Below, piece by piece: positions 11,709 to 23,260 of a DNA stretch of 64,000 nt; within the stretch, counting starts at the first letter, position 1, and each line of letters opens with the position of its first letter. The stretch is from Rhynchopus sp. YZ270_cl-10 (lineage: Eukaryota), in contig OZ037845.1 in the NCBI GenBank assembly GCA_964035575.1, positions 1,240,001-1,304,000 of the forward strand, in the 5' to 3' direction. Below the pieces are notes generated by a model. That model searched no databases and was not told the origin of the DNA. It saw only the letters and a list, made by a program, of their open reading frames with translations. Made by a program: the position numbers and the translations under genes.

Positions 11709-14700
11709 ATGCCTCAAAATGAGCCGGTGATCACCCTTCCACCAGGATCCCTGCGGGAGACGGTTCCGATACCAATACAGAGAGGCTGTGATGACGATTC
11801 TTCTAGCACTCGAAGTAAGATGCTACAGGCTGCCTTATCCATCATACCACAAGGGGTGAACTGGGGGACCCTCACTGCGCTGCATTTAAGCAACTGTGCA
11901 TTGGTGACGGTGGACGTCGAGGTGCTTAACGGAACGCCCTGTTTGGAGCACATCGACCTTCATGGGAACCGCATAGTGGATGTGTCCCCGCTTTTCTTCC
12001 ACCACAATTTGCCGTACCTCTGGACAATCGATATCTCCTTTAATGCAATCTCCGATTTATCATTTCTAGCAAAACCCTGCGCACGCCACGTCGGTGTCGG
12101 ATCGGTGGATCTTCGAGCAAACCCGCTTCATTTTGAACAACTTCGGTTTCTTATACGTCTAGTCTGCATTGAGCTGCGTGCATCGTTCTATGATGACATA
12201 GTACGTACAGAGACGTTTGTGGATTTACAAAAGAATCCGCAAGAAATATTCAGGATGGGGGCAGCTTTTTTCGCGAATGCGGGTGTCACAGAGGAGCCCC
12301 CTTTGGCGAAGAAGACAACACTAAAAGGGCGTTCCGCTAAACCAGACCGTCATGCTGCAAGCCTGGTCACCCCAGAAAATACTTTCCTCGTTTTTGATGA
12401 CTGTGTTCGCAGCACAGCGGCCCCTCTTAAGGTAAGCACCACAGCGATTTTGAGGAAGCTGCACCTCCGACATCATCGGGCCCACACATTCTTTTCGAAG
12501 TACCCTTTACTCTGTGTGCAAGGTGATGTTACGCAGCTTCAGAACAACCCAGTATCCCCTTTGCTTGCACCTGAACATGATCCTAACTTAATGCCGGTTT
12601 TAATGCAGTTTTACTCTGGGATGTACAAACATAAGAATTTTGGATATAATGAGAGCACCAAATTTTCAACCATTTCTTTTGCGAAGATCGATAAACGGAC
12701 CTGGGATTTATTTGTGGAGGGGGCGAAGGAGGTGGATGTGGGTCGGTTCAAACGCGAGGTGCTTGACACACCCTTCTTTGGGGGAACCTGGGAGCGGAGT
12801 ACCGAGGCTGCACGGCAGCTAGCGATTGTTCTCATTGCAGATAAAAGGTACAAAATTCCGCACCGACTGATTGAGAGGGTGTTGGGCTTGGTAGTTGAAC
12901 GGGAGACGGGGTGTGGCTACTTCGCCGCATATGTTGCACAGCATATCGCTAGATTGACAGGGATCCACAAAGAGCTGCTTCTATGGAAATGCGTGACCTG
13001 TGCACAACAAAACGGTGACAATCAATTTGCGAAGATGGAAGACTATGTTGCGTTCAACTTCTATTTTGTGTTGCTTGACTCGAAGTTGTGTTTCTTTCAA
13101 GAGGCGGAGTCACTTCACGGTGCACAGACCTCCGATGCGACGGTATCGGATACTATGGCAAAGGTTCCCAAATTGAAAGAATATTTTGAGATGATACCAC
13201 GATCCCTGCTTCAAGACGCATTCGAGGAGCGCAATGCAGTAGAAGAAAAAGCCACAAAGCTCCGAAAACAAAAAGAACAACTGCATGAAGCCAAAATTGT
13301 CCAGCACACCCACCGATCTGTCTGTGAAACAATGTGCTACCGTTCGCAAAGCCGTGCCGTAGTAAAGAAGACCACAATGGACTCAACGCTCAACCTCTGT
13401 CAATATGAAGACACCAAATTCCGAGAACACTTCTTCGCGACAGGCGAAATACACAACCCGAACAGCATCAACGTTGCAGTGCAACGCACCGGAGACATCC
13501 CCATCCCCCGCAAACAGGAGCATTATCACAGTATCAAGCCGACCACCTTTTCTCCTGAAGATAGCAAAGATGTTTCTTCGTTCTTTTCAAGCAGAGAGCT
13601 TCTGCTCAGACATCACAGCGAAGTTGTGCAGAAGGCTGAACGCAATGAGAGCGCAGGGCGGCCACGTCCTATAACATTGGACCCACCGTTTCCAGAGAAT
13701 CCTCATTTTGTGTCGCACAGTGCGACCAAGGCGAGCGTGGAGGAAGGTGCAAGGCGGGTCATTGAGGCGCACAGTGCGCGGAGTGTGGGGATCGCGAAAA
13801 GCACGCTCACTGTGCAGAAGCAGAAGAACGTTGCGGTGCAGCGGCAGGAGGCGTTGCTCATGAGGGCGCATCTCGTCCAGGCACAGCGCGACAAGGCAGC
13901 GCAGGACCAAATCGCCTACGACCTCCAAGAGAAGAAAGATGCAGCCCTCAGGAAAGAACTGCAGCAGAAGGCGTTGGAACGGTCTAAGAAGGAGGAGGAC
14001 TCACGGCGGGAGAAGCAGGCCCTGATTGCTGAGATTGAGCAATGGAAACGGGGTGACACCACCGATACAAAACCTACAGACACACCACAACCCGAACCCA
14101 CACAACCCGCACCGAGCCCCAAAGCAGCACCAATACAGGAACCAGAACCACTGCACGAACCAATCGAAGCTCCCTTGGAAAGCGAGACTCCCCATGCAGA
14201 GAATGAAACAGCGAACGTAGTGTCTGTCGTACCGTGTGAGGAGCCAAAGGAAAGTGTCCTTCAGGTGACCACCTGCAAGGCTCCAATGACCTACAGCAGG
14301 CCACAGCAGGTGAGAGACAGCCAGGCCAGCTTTGCGAACGACCTACGCCACAAAATGGACTCGCGGAATGAGTACTTCCGTGCGAAGGGTGGTCATCGTA
14401 CATCGGACCCTACTACACTGTCGGACCCATATCGCTGGATCAACATGAAAAACCCGAAGTCTGTTAAAAACCGGTTGGCACCAACACCCCTGCAGCAGCC
14501 ACCTCATTATCTCGAAGAGACTGACCAGACGCCTGCTCCGGCTGTTGGGGACACGGTGCTGCACCCTTTTCATTCGTTTCTGTTGTTTGTCAGTCATATT
14601 GCTGGGTCTATGGTGTCCCTTAGCAGAAAGCTGCCTCATGCAGATACAGTACCGAGGGATTCATGCGGGCGGATTTTGGTGGGACAATTGAAAAAACCGC

Positions 14701-15815
14701 CACGAAGTCCTCCAGAACCACCGATGTATGATATCCCTGCAGCTCTCCTTCGAAAGAATTTGTTCAAAGCAAATACATCAACCACCGTCGACTGGACGAT
14801 CCACAAGCCATCCCACCCAGCCCTGCATGACTACGCCATCTTCGAGGATGAGATCCTTCAGATCCATGATGTTCTCTTGGTCCGCAACCTCGTCAAGGTC
14901 GTATCCTGCAGGAGAGAGGCCTACATTAAGATCGACTACCTGCACTGGGAGGTATCACAGTACGGGAACACATGGTTCATCGAGGTGGACGAGCGAGAGG
15001 AAGACCCTGAGGAAGACACCGCTGTACGCCGTGCACCCCTCCCCCTCGTTGCTGATATGCCGCCTCCGGTGCAGCAGGCGCCGCCACAACACCCTTCAGA
15101 TTCACTTCATAGTCTTGAGTCCGTCACGGCTGAGCTCTCCGCTTCTCTTGCACCCACCTGGAGTGGTGTTCAAGAACGTGGTGCACAGCCGTTTATCGTA
15201 AAGGATCCGTCCTCTCCGTGGCATCCTTTTACAGAGAGTAGTTTGAGGAAAATGGCATTGCGGAGGATGCGGTTCGAATTAAAGGAAAGGGTGAAGGCAG
15301 AGATGGAGGAGAGTGTCCCTGCTATGGGGCCTTTGGACTGTTCGGGGTCGTTGAGTGGGGCGAGGGTGGGGTTTGCGAATGCAAGCACAAGACAGTTCAT
15401 GCCAACAACGATTCGCGCTCAGCTGGCAGATGGAGAGAAGCAGAACACATCCCGACCACCTACTGCACCATGTGGTCAGACACACTATCCAATCGGTGCG
15501 TCTCACGCTAGACCCGTAACCGCTGCTGCCCCTCTACCCAAACCAGAGGTCCTGCCGCCGAAGTTCCTCTGTGCAAATCTTAGGCCACAGAGTGCAGCGG
15601 CTGCTGTCACACCCGATCGTCCGCTCTCGTCAGAGCCTTCTGCAACCCCTGTAGTGTCAACACCTGCCGGTGCATATTCCAAAGCAAAGTCGGTGCTCGC
15701 AGTGGCAACAAAAAGTATAAAAGAGGCAGGAAACGACATCGCCTTCATCCTCGAAGAAACCTCCATGAAATATACCGTCGACAAAAAACGGTCTCTGTTT
15801 GGAACCTCGTTTTGA
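11709..15815 (+). CDS. Large protein with N-terminal leucine-rich repeats, central coiled coil and low-complexity tail (~1368 aa)
   Basis: LxxLxLxxN motifs (LTALHLSNC, LEHIDLHGN, LWTIDISFN, VDLRAN); ATG follows a pyrimidine tract and AG. Confidence 0.85.
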   Translation: MPQNEPVITLPPGSLRETVPIPIQRGCDDDSSSTRSKMLQAALSIIPQGVNWGTLTALHLSNCALVTVDVEVLNGTPCLEHIDLHGNRIVDVSPLFFHHNLPYLWTIDISFNAISDLSFLAKPCARHVGVGSVDLRANPLHFEQLRFLIRLVCIELRASFYDDIVRTETFVDLQKNPQEIFRMGAAFFANAGVTEEPPLAKKTTLKGRSAKPDRHAASLVTPENTFLVFDDCVRSTAAPLKVSTTAILRKLHLRHHRAHTFFSKYPLLCVQGDVTQLQNNPVSPLLAPEHDPNLMPVLMQFYSGMYKHKNFGYNESTKFSTISFAKIDKRTWDLFVEGAKEVDVGRFKREVLDTPFFGGTWERSTEAARQLAIVLIADKRYKIPHRLIERVLGLVVERETGCGYFAAYVAQHIARLTGIHKELLLWKCVTCAQQNGDNQFAKMEDYVAFNFYFVLLDSKLCFFQEAESLHGAQTSDATVSDTMAKVPKLKEYFEMIPRSLLQDAFEERNAVEEKATKLRKQKEQLHEAKIVQHTHRSVCETMCYRSQSRAVVKKTTMDSTLNLCQYEDTKFREHFFATGEIHNPNSINVAVQRTGDIPIPRKQEHYHSIKPTTFSPEDSKDVSSFFSSRELLLRHHSEVVQKAERNESAGRPRPITLDPPFPENPHFVSHSATKASVEEGARRVIEAHSARSVGIAKSTLTVQKQKNVAVQRQEALLMRAHLVQAQRDKAAQDQIAYDLQEKKDAALRKELQQKALERSKKEEDSRREKQALIAEIEQWKRGDTTDTKPTDTPQPEPTQPAPSPKAAPIQEPEPLHEPIEAPLESETPHAENETANVVSVVPCEEPKESVLQVTTCKAPMTYSRPQQVRDSQASFANDLRHKMDSRNEYFRAKGGHRTSDPTTLSDPYRWINMKNPKSVKNRLAPTPLQQPPHYLEETDQTPAPAVGDTVLHPFHSFLLFVSHIAGSMVSLSRKLPHADTVPRDSCGRILVGQLKKPPRSPPEPPMYDIPAALLRKNLFKANTSTTVDWTIHKPSHPALHDYAIFEDEILQIHDVLLVRNLVKVVSCRREAYIKIDYLHWEVSQYGNTWFIEVDEREEDPEEDTAVRRAPLPLVADMPPPVQQAPPQHPSDSLHSLESVTAELSASLAPTWSGVQERGAQPFIVKDPSSPWHPFTESSLRKMALRRMRFELKERVKAEMEESVPAMGPLDCSGSLSGARVGFANASTRQFMPTTIRAQLADGEKQNTSRPPTAPCGQTHYPIGASHARPVTAAAPLPKPEVLPPKFLCANLRPQSAAAAVTPDRPLSSEPSATPVVSTPAGAYSKAKSVLAVATKSIKEAGNDIAFILEETSMKYTVDKKRSLFGTSF

Positions 15816-16061
15816 CGGGAGAAAATGTGCATTTTGCGGAATATTCAATAACGCGTTTTTTTCATTTGTACTTTTTTTTTTTCTAAAGAAAATGTACAAA
15901 TCCACATGCCTTTTTTTCCCTAACCCGATAGAATGTTATAATGACAATCCCTCCTTTCCCTTTTCCCTTTTTACATCCTGCTCCACCCCAACTCCCTGAG
16001 CTTTTTACTACACCCTTGGACATCCTTTAGGATACTTTGTTTTACCACTACCACTCGAAAG

Positions 16062-16752
16062 ATGGCAGTCTCTTCCCCTCTGATGATGGCGATGTACCTG
16101 TCAATAGGGTTTTTGTACGCAGGCTTTGGCTTCCTATTGAAAGGCATGCAGATCCAACCGTACAGTGGTGTGGCGTCGTTCGTTGTAGCATTGCTCCCAC
16201 AGCTGTATATAGCACGGAGGTACATCGGACGTGCCAGGAAGCCAACAGGGAAGAGCAAGAAGCTGCGCAACTGGACTGCCAATACTGTGTTTTCACGGTT
16301 TCTGCCGGTTATTATGTCGTGCAGCATTGTTGCGGGGTTGATGGGTGCGAGTGGTGTCGCAGGAGTGCAGCAGGTCGCCTTTGCGAAGGTATCAAAAACA
16401 ACCTTTTCTAAAAATAAAAAACCCCGCACAAAACGATGGAGTCTTCTGGAATTTTCAAAAGAAAATTCGCTGTTTTTGGCGATTTCGCTTTTTGGGTGTG
16501 GGATACCCTTCTTAACAACCCAACTTCATGACGATGTACTGGGTACCCGTGACGAGAGGGGCTTTGTACTTAAAGTTATAATTTGATGATGTATTTATAA
16601 CTCAATAAACCCAACAAAAACAGGACAAAACCACAAGAATGTTGATCCGCTGTACAGTGGTCCTCATCCCTGCCATGGCCTCATGGCGTTACTTCAAAGA
16701 CATGCTGGAAGGGGAAACCGAGCCCTTGGACACAGACAAGAAAGATAATTAG
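16062..16752 (+). CDS. Small multi-pass membrane protein; exons 16062-16388, 16624-16752 (151 aa)
   Basis: Three to four hydrophobic segments; phase-0 GT-AG intron gives a clean C-terminus ...DTDKKDN*. Confidence 0.75.
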
Positions 16753-16820
16753 AGCCAACCATTAGGGGAACTGGTTCTTTTATGTTCCAAATCATTGACT
16801 ATAGAGGAAATCGACGGAAG

Positions 16821-16913
16821 GTGGACTGCATGGTTGGGTGTCTACCTGGAGTGCACCTGCCGGTCATGTACTAAGGTACACTGTCATGAGAGGGCTTTTG
16901 TATTTCAAGTCAA
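16821..16913 (+). repeat. Dispersed family A, representative copy (others 2868-2961, 16535-16578, 23606-23643, 44824-44858, 62770-62806)
   Basis: Core GGTACACTGTCACGAGAGGGCTTT(T)GTATTTCAA(G/C)T. Confidence 0.85.
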
Positions 16914-17296
16914 ATTTGCCTTTTTATTATATCCTGAAGGCCGACTCTATTGTTTGAAGGGTCTCCCCCCCCCCCCTCCTAGCTACCTTCCTTTCTTCAC
17001 AAACCCCCCTAGCATTTACCTCCTTTCCCCCTCCCGCCTAGTAACAAATTGCTGTTGCCGCGCAACAAGTAGAAGAACAAAAAAAATACCAAACTCACCC
17101 CTCCCTCCCCTTCCTCTCCCCGATTTTTGATTTTCAGCTACTTACTTCACACAGTGTGGATGGGTCATTTCCCTCCACTTGACGCAAATCAGAAGAATCT
17201 GTGGTCTTGAACGACGTCGTCCTCTGGAGAAGATGAAGCGGTCACTGCCACACTCCCCTTCTCCCTCAGGGAAGCACACACAAAAAAGATAAAAAA

Positions 17297-19220
17297 ATGA
17301 GTCTTTCCGAGATGATTGCACAGCTGAACAAAGGGGTAGGCAATGAATGCATGTTGTGGACAGACCCGTCGCTTGGACAGCGCATTAGGAAGGCGGAGAT
17401 GGCTGATCTTTGCGCCGCATTGACGGTACACGGTGGTGTCACGACGTTATCTCTCTCTGGGAACACTGTCTGCGAGGAAGCGACGAACGTCCTTGCAGCG
17501 CATCTCCGTGAGGATTGCAAGGCGTTGCGCGTATTAGATCTTTCCTTCTGCGGTGTGAACGGCGCCTCGCTTACCAAAGTTGTTGCTGCGATCCAGCAGA
17601 ACACTGTTCTCAGAGACGTTCTTTTGAATGCAAGCTTTAACGACATCCAGGCAGAGGGCGCTGCCTCGCTTGCCTCGGTGTTGGGAAGCGCTCAGAGTGG
17701 GTCTGGGTTGAGGCATTTGGTATTGAGATATAATCAGCTGCACTCTAAAGGAGTGGCGCAGTTGGTGAGAAATGCTCATACGTTGTCAAGCTTGGATTGC
17801 TCTTACGCAGGCAATGTAGATGCGATACAGCTCGCCGCTGCGTTGAAGTTAACGAAATGTAAGGTGGTAAGGGTATGTGGCGCGGATTTTAGTGGAGCGC
17901 AGGCAAAGATGTTGATGCATTCTGCTCCAAAGGGGTGTTTGGTGTTGGATGAGGATGCGGAAAGTGAGGCGCCATTGTCCCCTCCAAAGAGCGTTCGGCG
18001 CGGTTCATCTGTTGAAGTGGAAGATGCCATGTGGCTTGAAGAGCTGGCCCTTCTCCACCGTTCCAAATCCGCTCATAGCAGCCAACAACGTTCTGCCCCT
18101 GCCATCTCCCCTCCCCCCGGATCGCACCTCACCTGTGAGGATATATCCCCTACCGCGTCGTCTCCGCCCCGTGCAGCATCGTCGCCTTTGGCATCGCATA
18201 CCCGCGCGCTTCTCCCGCAATATTCCCCGCCAGGTCAATCGCCAAAACCAATTGACCAATCAGGAAATGAAGCAACAATCAAATCGTTGAGTCTTGCGCT
18301 CAATGTGTTGCATGATAGTTGCAGTACGGTGATGGCGGAGAGGGATGCGGCGAGGAAGGAGTTGGAGGAGGAGAAGGGGCGGCGGGCAGCAGTGGAGAAG
18401 GAGGCGAAGCAGCTGAAGAGGGAGATGAATCAGATGCGCGATGACTTTGCGGCGCAGGTGCATAGGCTTACGAGGGAGAGTACACATGGTCATGGAGGAG
18501 GTGGAGGTGGTGGTGGTGCCCACACCCGCGACCCCTCCCCCCAAGCCCGCAGAACCGGCATGACGCGCACAGCCTCGCCACGTTCCTACAGCCGCACCTC
18601 AACGCTCCCGAGAGAGCGGAGGGCCCTAGGTGATGTACCACACAACACCCACGTCGAGAAGTCGCCCCACAAAAAAGCGCCGATGCCGCGTCAAGGAGGC
18701 AAGACCTCCACGAGAACGCCATGCAAAAGCCCGTCGGGGAAGTATGTGTTTTTCTTTGTGCTTTCATCCGGATAGCTGGAATCGTGGGTCAGTCGGAGGT
18801 GCCTGCATTAATAACTTCACTTTCTTTTCGATAATTTTTTGTGAGGTATTAAAAAGGGTGGAATCTGTTCGGTTTTCTCCTAGGGAGGGGGCGAATAAGA
18901 GTAATAAAATATTGAAAACAAATTTACAACAGATCCCCGCCAAAGTCCGGCATTCCGAGGTCATTGAAGAAACGGCTCGTTGTGGGAATGAGGTATGCTG
19001 GTTTTATATGGACAATAATGTGATAGGTTTTTATACACGCTTCGTCTGGTGGTTCGACCACCCTGCGGAGAAGCGGTACCCCTACACCCACCGATGAACG
19101 GTGAACCGTTTTGTATTTTCAACTTCACTTTTATGCTTTTGACTGCCATTTTTATAGCACGAATGCCTGATTCTATGTTCACCCCTTCTCTTATACAGAC
19201 CCGCGTGTATTGAGCTGTAA
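17297..19220 (+). CDS. RNI-like leucine-rich-repeat protein with coiled coil; probable exons 17297-18741, 18933-18992, 19199-19220
   Basis: VTTLSLSGN, LRVLDLSFC, LRHLVLRYN repeats; GT-AG junctions in compatible phase; last exon less certain. Confidence 0.78.
18758..18815 (+). repeat. Dispersed family D (others 34318-34382, 56737-56795)
   Basis: TTCATCC....GCTG.(C)ATCGT...G.TCA.TCGGAGGT(AT)GCCTGCAT(C/T)AATAAC. Confidence 0.85.
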
Positions 19221-19861
19221 TGACATAGTATAACTGTTGCGTTTTTGATGCCCATTTCTCGACATTCAAAAAAAGCTGTTCTAGATTAGAAACCAAAGTC
19301 TGTAGATATACCCAAAAAAACAGTACACCATTTTTCTCTTTTACAAAAGGGGTGTACCCCCCTTTGGCAAGGTGATCAAAAAAAAAGCGTACGAAGCATA
19401 GGCTTGTTTGCTTAGGTTCATCTTATCAATTTTCTATTGTTTTTTCCAAAAAAAATTGTAAAAAAAGTTAGATTTATTTCCCTTCCTCGTGTACACACTT
19501 TTTCTTCCCATTTCCCTTTACTCCTATTTCCCTTATACTCTTTGCTTTTGGTGTTACAAAAAAAAAGCTATAGTTGGTTGTTCGCAAAGAGCTGTCAAAA
19601 CGTGCCCTTTTCTCTCTCTTTTTTTAGTGCAATACTTCGGGGGTTCAACACCCCATGGAGTGTCAGTGTCTGCTGTCCCAAAGCATATTGGTATTGAAGA
19701 CGAAAGAGAAAGCATTTTTTATTGTTCCCGTAACGTGACAGAATAACACTCTTTTCAGAACATCAAGAGTCTTTCCAGTTTTTTTTCTCTTTCAGATGCA
19801 AATGTGTACGCAGTAATGTGCGTGCACATTCATTATTTTACATTTTTCCCAAGGTAATTAA

Positions 19862-19904
19862 CACGGGTTGCCTACGATCGTACTACGATTGTAGGCAACC
19901 CGTG
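19862..19904. mobile_element. 43-bp palindromic insertion
   Basis: 21-bp arms with 1 mismatch, CACG...CGTG ends, flanked by direct AATTAA; interrupts a family-B hairpin. Confidence 0.7.
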
Positions 19905-20372
19905 AATTAAGCATGAGGCTTAGGTTCATCTTGATAAACTTTTCTTTCTTTCTCTCGCGAGAGGCTTTGCGACATCTTTTTTTTTGCAAAAAAGTCAATG
20001 AAAAAAAGATGCAAAGTACGCCAGCTTATCTGTAATACAAAGCACACTTGGTCAATACCTGGAGACACATGCGGACAGTATAGGTTCCCCGCTTTTTTCG
20101 GGAAAACATTCTTTTCTCTCTTTGAGATACGAAACATGATGCGTTTCAGGCTTCTTCCCCCACTCCAGGTTTTTGAGTATTCCAACGATTTTACCCCCCC
20201 TTCCCTGTACACTCCCACCACCACCTCCTCCCCTCCTCCTCCTGCTCCCCTAGGCCTAGACATTAACAACTGATCTACCTCTCCTTTATTGAATTCCACC
20301 CGCGAGACCACATTACCCCTCATTTCAGGAGTTTTTTTTTTTTTTTTTTTTACACGAAAAGGTGGCCAAAAG

Positions 20373-22530
20373 ATGGCGCTTGGGATCATCATCGTGGTGG
20401 TGGTCGGGTGTGTGATTGTGTTTGGTCTGGGGTTGTTCTTTGTGACACGCGCTGTGTTTGGTCAGAGGGGGACGGGGATGGATGTGGAGCAGCAGACACA
20501 GCACTCTCCACCACGCGCCCAGGCGAACACCTCCGACACCGAGGAGGAACGGGTATGGTCACCTCGTGTCCACGACCCGGAGTTCGACTTCCCTGACGAG
20601 AACCGTTCCGTCTACTCCTGCAGATCGTGCCTGACGGGGCTCGACGCAAAGGGGGAACGCTACTGGGAACAGGATAAGGAGGAGGCAGAACGTGGCAGCT
20701 TCCTCGCCTTCCCCTCCTGCGCCAATGCCAGCCTCCACGACTGGGGGTTAGGTCTCAAGGCCTGCCACTCCTGCGGGGCACGCCCCATCCTCAACAGGGG
20801 CTGTCTGCACTGCGAAAAACCTATGTGTGCAACCTGCTTCGAAGCTCATAAGGAACTCAAAACATCGACCCTCATTCTAGCGAAGGCGGCAATAAGGAAG
20901 TACGACAAATCCAACAGAGGCTCGCTGTCTGTTACAGACTGGAATGAATTGCTTCGGGATCTAGGTGTACAGCCGCAGACTGAAGAAGAGTTCAATGCGT
21001 CATGCAGTGCACGAGGCGCAGACCCACAGACCGTAGGGATAACGTTCCAGCATTTGATTGTCTTAGTGTCGTTTCTTGCGCCAAACACTTCTGAGGCATT
21101 GGCGAGGTTGGTGCCGCAGTATACAGTGGGGTCGGAGATGCTGTGCCTCACACAGCAGAAGATGCACGATTGGGGACCGGGTATCGCAAAGTGCGGGCTC
21201 TGCAATGTGATGCCGATTCTTAATAGGGGGTGCCGGGCGTGCAATAAAAGGATGTGTCAGAAGTGTTGGGAGAAGCACCGTGTGTCGTCGGTTACAGGGC
21301 AGAAGGTGGAGATGTCTCCGGTGTCACCCAAATCGCCGGGAGGGTTTGAACCGAGCTCGGCGCTGCTTGAGGGGAAAGCGGAAGAAGTTGCGTCGTCACC
21401 TCTGCCTAAGTGTTCTGTTGTCTTCCCGGACAACTTCGGATCCTCCATTCCTGTTGCCTCAAAGGCCTCGGTTATGTCCGAATGGCACGTTCTCGACGAC
21501 TGCCAGAACGTAAAGCGTCTTAATGAAGGAGGTGCCCTCTATTACTTCACGTTCCTCAAAGGCACGCACCTTACCCTCCAGAACAGAGAGATGAGCGCAA
21601 AGCTTCTGAACATGAGCTCCTTCCGCAGCGAGCAGGAGGAGAACAACGTTCCCTTCATCGACCCCCTCGGGGAGGCAGACATGAGCGAGTACATCTTCAT
21701 GTTGAACAAAGCGGTGTACATGATGCCGTCTTCGGTGAAGCTAGAGGATTTGACCAAGGAGCTTATTATTACCCCCGATTATCAAGCACGTTGCCAGCCG
21801 GGAGGCGTAAAGGTATTTGAGGTGAACGAGCCGGATACATTCCGTTTCTGTAAAACCATCATCTGGCCGGTGTACAAACTAACCATGCAATTCAAAGTGT
21901 CGATTGTCGATAAGAAGTACTGGAAAGGTCTTGCCTCCTTCCAAGACGGTCTCGAGGTCCACCACGCGCTTCTCCTCGAGCGCACAAAGCGAAACAAGCT
22001 TGCAGAGGATGTCATCAAAAAGGCAAAGTCTGTCCTCCTTTACCACAGAGTAGAGAGTGGTGCAATCATGGTGACTAACGTCACCACCGGTGCAGCAAGC
22101 TCTATCCCAACTATCATCGCCAGTGTCGTTGATAAGGTATGTACCTTTTTGTTTTCCCCTCCTGCAATCCAATCAAATGGGGTGCCGACATCATCCCGAA
22201 TAACTGTCTTAGTAACGAAAGAGACAACTTCCCATCTTCAACCCCAGCGTGTTCCAGCGCGATAACTATAGTGGTGAAGATATGTGAATGAGAGAGAGAG
22301 AGGTTCATTTCATGTTTCAAAATTTCCTTCCTTTCTGTTTTCTCCATTTAACACTCCTGGGGGGGGGTGAAGCAGACCCCCAGTGTTCATATTTTTGGTG
22401 ACAGAAGACTATCTTACCCACCTTTTTCTCCTTTAATTTACACAATTTACACACTCAGCTTGGATCCATGGGTGCAAAGGATGTGTCTGAAACAGCTGTA
22501 CGCACCAGAAAATACTTCGCCTCGAGATAG
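20373..22530 (+). CDS. N-terminally anchored protein with two Cys-rich putative Zn-binding repeats and an EF-hand-like loop; exons 20373-22136, 22459-22530
   Basis: Hydrophobic N-terminus; duplicated HDWG.G..C..C...PILNRGC..C...C..C motif; DKSNRGSLSVTD loop; phase-0 GT-AG intron. Confidence 0.8.
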
Positions 22531-22565
22531 CTGGGTAGTTCACCCCCCCCTATTGACAGTTCTCG

Positions 22566-23260
22566 CAGGGTTGTCATGACTTGGTTCCTCTGTTCTTTAA
22601 TCCATATTTTTCAGAAAGAATGAAGTGTCCTCAAAAGAGGCTAGACAGCTCCCCCCCCTTTGCCCCGTTCTATCTGCAAGCATTGGGGGCAGGGTCGCTG
22701 AAATTAGAAAAAGCAATTTTTTTTTCTCGTTTTTTTCAGTGTTTCCCAGCATCTCACCTAACTCTGAAAATAGGTGAGATTTTGCGGTTTTGCGAGTTTT
22801 TGTATAGGTGTGGCGAGCCCGGGCGCGCTTCGCGCGCCCGGGTCCCCACCTTAGATCAAGTTGGGGGCCTCCGGCGGAATGTGAGAAGTTCCCGGAGTTC
22901 GGCACTTCATTGATATTTGCACCAGGCACACGTGGTATACGAATTATCAGTAAACCCAGTACATTTACAAAATAAACGGCAGTCATGGCAGGCATGGCAC
23001 CCAAGCGAAGCCACGGTACGCAACATTTCTAAAAATTGTTGACATAAATGTCACTGTCGTTAGGGATTTTTGCGGAGCAAAAAAAAAATCAAACAAATGG
23101 CGCCGCAGGCGAAAAAAAATTAGGGTACAGTGTAAAAACCTATCTTTTTACAGCACATAGTCACACACCTAACCCTTTTTTGCGGAGCAAAAAAGGGAAA
23201 ATGGCGCCGCAGGCAAAAAAAAATTGAGGTACAGCCTGGATGGTGCGGTCAGCAACCCAG
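22566..23260. mobile_element. Probable decayed DNA-transposon/MITE remnant (boundaries uncertain)
   Basis: CAGGGTTG...CAACCCAG ends; GGGCGCGC-TTC-GCGCGCCC hairpin like that in the 3854-4524 MITE; two GGCGCCGCAGGC(G)AAAAAAA repeats (also near 6475); no clean TSD. Confidence 0.4.

Noticed and set aside
18758..18815. Twister ribozyme on the minus strand of family D (TAATGCAG..CCG..AGC..CCGGATGAA..GCA)
   Set aside because: UAA is present in only one copy, the GAG motif is missing and the P4 loop is oversized.
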